This document shows, one piece after another, positions 59,636-64,000 of a DNA stretch of 64,000 nucleotides. Source of the DNA: the human T2T-CHM13v2.0 reference genome, Homo sapiens; NCBI RefSeq assembly GCF_009914755.1, contig NC_060944.1. One strand, 5' to 3'. Within the stretch, counting starts at the first letter, position 1. Each line of letters starts with the position of its first letter. The notes beneath the pieces were generated by a model that saw nothing but the letters and a program-made list of their open reading frames with translations, did not search any database and was not told the DNA's origin. A program made the position numbers and the translations under genes.

Positions 59636-61313
59636 TTACCAATCTCTCTCCATATTCTATTAATACCATGCTTAAATTCAGCATTTTGCCCAGTGATCTG
59701 CTGTGGACAGCGTTAATAGTAAAGTGTTTAAAAGCACAAGTCTGGAGCCCATCTGACTAGATTTAAATTCTGACTCTGGCTTGTACCTGTGTTATTCCAC
59801 GGCTCATGTGTAAAATGGAGACAAGTAGCAGAATGACAACAAACCACACAAGGTTACTGGGAGGGTTAAAGAAGTATGTAAATGTAAAACACTTGCCATA
59901 GTGCCTGGTACGTAAGTACTCGATAAATATTAGCAATTGTAATTTATATAATACTTTACCATTCATAAAGCATGGTTTTCTCTTGATTCCTATCACTGAA
60001 ATTTCATCAATTCAGGTGCTCTAATTTCCCAAACATATAAAACTCTCAAAAGCTTCCCAAAATTGATTATAACATAAACTTATTTATGTCCCAAGATCAT
60101 TAATGGAACTAGACTGAAACCAAGCTACAGTCTGTAATAAGGTAATACAGTTACTGTCCTTGCCCAGTAGAGAAGTATGGTATTTGCATAGCATTTTCAA
60201 AGTTAGTCTTTTCTCCCTTAACAAGGATCCAACTGTATAAATAATTAAATCTGAAATGCAGTCAGTCTGAAGAACATTATCTGGCCAACTTAAAGAAGTG
60301 TCCCTACCAAGATAGAAGAGCAAAGAGGAAAGAGTCCCCCACTGCAAGGAGTACTGCAATAATACAGGGAAGTAGCTACATTTCATCTTCATTCTAGAAA
60401 TAGGGAGACTTGGCAAAAGGACAGACAAAACTCTAGACACTATAAATTTGGTTCTGGAAGGGATTACCATCCATTTATTGCATTTTTTCAAGCATCAAGT
60501 TCCCTAGAATATTAATTGCCTTTTAACCATTATTCATCAAGACAGACTGAAGATGGCAAGGATCCTGATATCACCAGAAGACAGCCTCACAAGTGCCTTC
60601 TTATCCCCTGAAAAACCTTATGGTCTACAGCTAAACAGTTTGGTTGTAGCCTTGTAAAGGATAATAAACATCCAGGAATCATAAACTGAAATAATTAACA
60701 TCTCTCTCAATTACTGTCTGGATACTTAACATACATACTCATTGCCTTATTTTATTCATACCATCCTGCGAAGTACAGTTTACAAATAAGGACCAGGGAT
60801 CCCGAAGCAGCACCCAAAGCAGACCTCCCCAAAAATGAGGCCATGTTAGTCTTGACTAAAATGGCTTTTTAAGACTTTCATGTCTAGCTTCCAAATTATA
60901 AGCTGACTACACTCCAAATTGGTTTTCTTTTATGAAACTAGTTTGGATTTGAAAAGCAAATAGCTGTTGACAGTGCACATATGGAAAACTACAGATCACT
61001 TGAGTTATATTTTAGGTTCACAACAAAGCCTTCAAAAGCATAAATTTTCTATTTTCAACTTCTCACGTTTGATTGGAGAGGGCAAAGAAAAGGTATACCA
61101 GCTAAAATTACCCTGATGCTCATCAAATTAGAAGCTTCCTCTCATAGATCATACCTTACCCAAGAAATCAACTTTATAGTCATACTATACCCAGAAGCAG
61201 GTGTGAGTCACAAAAGAACCCACAGAGAAGCAAGACATTGATCTAAAAGTTCCTTCCAAAGGTGACCAGAACAAATGCTAAGTGTTGCCATCTCTGTGTG
61301 ATAGGATTGTGGG

Positions 61314-61472
61314 ATTTTTTTTTTTTTTTTTAGGGACGGGAGTCTCACTATGTTGCCCAGGCTGAAATGTAGTGACTACTCTCAATTGTAATTATAGCGC
61401 ACTGCAGCCTCGAACTCCTGGCCTCAGCCTCCTGAGTAGCTGAGATTACATGTGAATGCCACCATGCCTGGC
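61314..61472 (-). mobile_element. Alu monomer (FAM/FRAM-like)
   Basis: Antisense monomer. Confidence 0.75.
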
Positions 61473-61796
61473 TTAGATTCTGCTGTTTTTCTTTGTATTC
61501 TTTTGTGTTTCATTAACTTCACACAACACACATCCCATTTTGAATCAAATACTTTTTTTTTTAATTTAAAGCTTCTTTTTGCAAAAACACCTTACCATAT
61601 TTTATGAAAACCCAATGTTCTGACTCCTTGTGAATGGGACCTAGTAGCAAGTAGGCAAGTATTAAATATTGATGCTGCTTTTAACAAATAGTCTGAAAAT
61701 TACTGAATGCCTATTGAGTAGGGGATTTTTCTTTTCCCTTACCAGGTAGCAGCCATATTTCTAGGATTCTGCTTTTTAAAGATCATGGTTCCATGT

Positions 61797-62073
61797 TGGG
61801 AGGCTGAGGCAGGAAGACTGTTTGAGGCCAGGAGTTCAAGACAAGCTTGGGCAACAAAGCAAGACCTCATTTCTACAAAAATTAAAAAATTAGCGGGTGC
61901 AAGAGCATGCACGTGTAGTCCCAGCTACTTGCGAGGCTGAGGCAGGAGGATCCCCTGAGCCCAGGTGACAGAGGCCACAGTGAGCTATGATTGTGCCACC
62001 GCACTCCAGCCCGGGAAACAAGAGCGAGACCCTGTCTCTAAAAAAACAAAACAACAAAAACAAACAAAAAAAA
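61797..62073 (+). mobile_element. AluJ-like
   Basis: Diverged dimer. Confidence 0.85.
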
Positions 62074-62200
62074 TCATAGTTCTACTAGGTTGAAAATCGT
62101 TATGTTTTGGGAAGTTTCTGGCTTAATTACCAGGTTTAAAAATAAATGTGTGCAGTTTATTTCAATTATACATCAAGAAAAAAAAAAAACAAAAACAGAA

Positions 62201-62492
62201 GGCTGGGCATGGTGGTTCACGCCTGTAATCCCAGCACTTCAGGAGGCTGAGGCAGGCGAATCAGAAGGTCAGGAGTTCAAGACCAACATAGTGAGACCCC
62301 GTCTCTACTAAAAATACAAAAAAAAAATTAGCTGGGCATGGTGGCAGGCGCCTGTAATCCCAGCTACTCAGGAGAGGCTGAGGCAGGAGAATTGCTTGAA
62401 CCCAGGAGGCGGTTGCAGTGAGCCGAGATCACGCCACTGCACTCCAGTCCAGCGACAGTGCGAAATTCCATCTCAAAAAAAAAAAAAAAAAA
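62201..62492 (+). mobile_element. AluS
   Basis: Dimer with small deletions and A tail. Confidence 0.88.
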
Positions 62493-63789
62493 CAGAAATA
62501 TGAATAAAACAGAAAATTACTTTTTAATAGCAGCCTCTTTAATTGTCTAGCCTGACCACCAGGCAGGATTACTTCCACTCTGGGAAAGTCCTTGGCAGTT
62601 TATAAATCATTTTCAAGTACAGAGTTTTATCTGATCCTCACAAGTCTGTACAGTAGCCAGATGTTAAAGGAATGGCCTAAAAATACTTACCTAGTCAACA
62701 GCACTACAGGAACCAGGCCCTATACCCTATTCTTCATACCCCTCTCTACTCCTAACTTCTACCTGGCAGAATGGAAGCCAAAGACCAGGGTTCTTGTCCT
62801 ACTAACTTTCTGCATGATCTTGGACAAGTTAATCTCCCTCGGCCCCGGTTTCCTGTAAAATACAGTTGGACCGGCACCCCTAAGTGGCCAAACTAATACT
62901 TTATTGGCTTCCAAAGTCCTATGCCGAAATGCTGGTTCTGCCATCTTTGCTTCACAAAATTCTGTTCATCCAGCAGTAATGCATTCATATTCCACTTCTT
63001 TCAAAGCCTAATCCCACTGATCCCTCTAGCCCTCCAAGTCACTACGTTGATGGTCCTATTTCTACCTTGTGTGTCATCTAGTTGACCCATACACAGAATA
63101 ACACCCCATGGAATCTTGCACACGTAAGTACTGTATTTGCCAAAGGTTATGAGAAGTTTGAAAAATGAGTAGAAACAAAACAAGTGTGAAACACTGCCAC
63201 TCTCAGAACTTTTGAAATACAGCAGCCTAGAGCAATGTCTATAACCGCCAAGGACCATATACAAACTTTCAGTTTCTCTAACCCATTAAGATCCTAGTCA
63301 ATCTGGAATTCTACTGGTTTAGCCACTTAGTATTTGATCATGGGCATTATACAACTCTGTAACACTCAAATTTTTCATCTCTAAAATGGGCACAACAATA
63401 GACCTATTTTACAGGACTGTTGTGAGAACCAAGTAAGAGACTGGAATCCCGTCCAGAATATATTCCAAATTCCTTAACTTCGTCTTCACAGCCCTCCATG
63501 AACTAGTCATTACCTGCTTGGCAAGTGTTCACCCCTTAACTCTAATCAAACTGGAGATTATTCTACTTCCTGTGAGCACATTTACTGGCCTTTCTCGACC
63601 ATTCCTTTGCCCTTGTGATCAAGGCTTCCTATTGCCTGAGGAAATTCTCAACAACTTACGGGGCCTCCCCCAATGTTAAGCAATACCTACTGGGAGTACT
63701 TAACATCAACTTCATTTTAAGTCGTTAGACGTTATATCAACTAGGATAAATCTGAGGGAAAGGGATTTGAGGAAATTCACTGAGATCCA

Positions 63790-64000
63790 AGTACCACGGT
63801 AAAAAAAGATCCAGCCAGTTTCACAGCCCGCACTTCCCGCTCACGTCGCCGGTAGCCCTCTGTTAAGGGAAGCTCAGGGGCTCGCCCGGAAACTTTCCGG
63901 GAAGGTCAGTCACTTCCTGAGGCTGCAGAATCTTTTTCTCTCGTTCTAACCCCATCACCCCCTCGTCTTTTTAAAAAACAATGCTAGGAAGGCAAACAAG
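63790..64000. promoter_or_regulatory. Edge of the CpG-rich EIF2S2 5' / intron-1 regulatory region
   Basis: Sharp rise in CpG density; ETS-like CCGGAA/CACTTCC motifs; exon 1 must lie just right of the window. Confidence 0.55.

Overview
Human (primate) genomic DNA recognisable as the RALY-EIF2S2 locus on 20q11.22, next to ASIP. On the + strand, the window opens inside a long RALY intron containing the MIR4755 hairpin (1515-1586). It then carries all seven RALY coding exons (24484-30957; 307 codons in this haplotype, with an extra Ser in the Gly-rich tract) and the non-coding last exon (from 32318; poly(A) signals at 32649 and 37267). On the - strand, convergent EIF2S2 (eIF2-beta) exons 2-9 span 57925-42111, with a 3' UTR reaching about 40720. 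Exon 1 lies just beyond the right edge, where the sequence becomes CpG-rich. I reconstructed all exon junctions by hand: each is GT-AG and in frame. The rest is mostly Alu, MIR, L2, old L1, MaLR/ERV LTR and DNA-transposon debris, and nearly all ORF-track entries are spurious. I found no new multi-gene system. The most unusual features are four locally templated micro-rearrangements (one built the MIR4755 hairpin), an apparent L1-retrotransposed polyadenylated LTR fragment, an LTR-donated distal RALY poly(A) signal, a cryptic splice donor overlapping the RALY stop codon, and a very closely spaced inverted Alu pair between the convergent 3' ends. Repeat subfamily names and database identifiers are from recognition or memory and need confirming.
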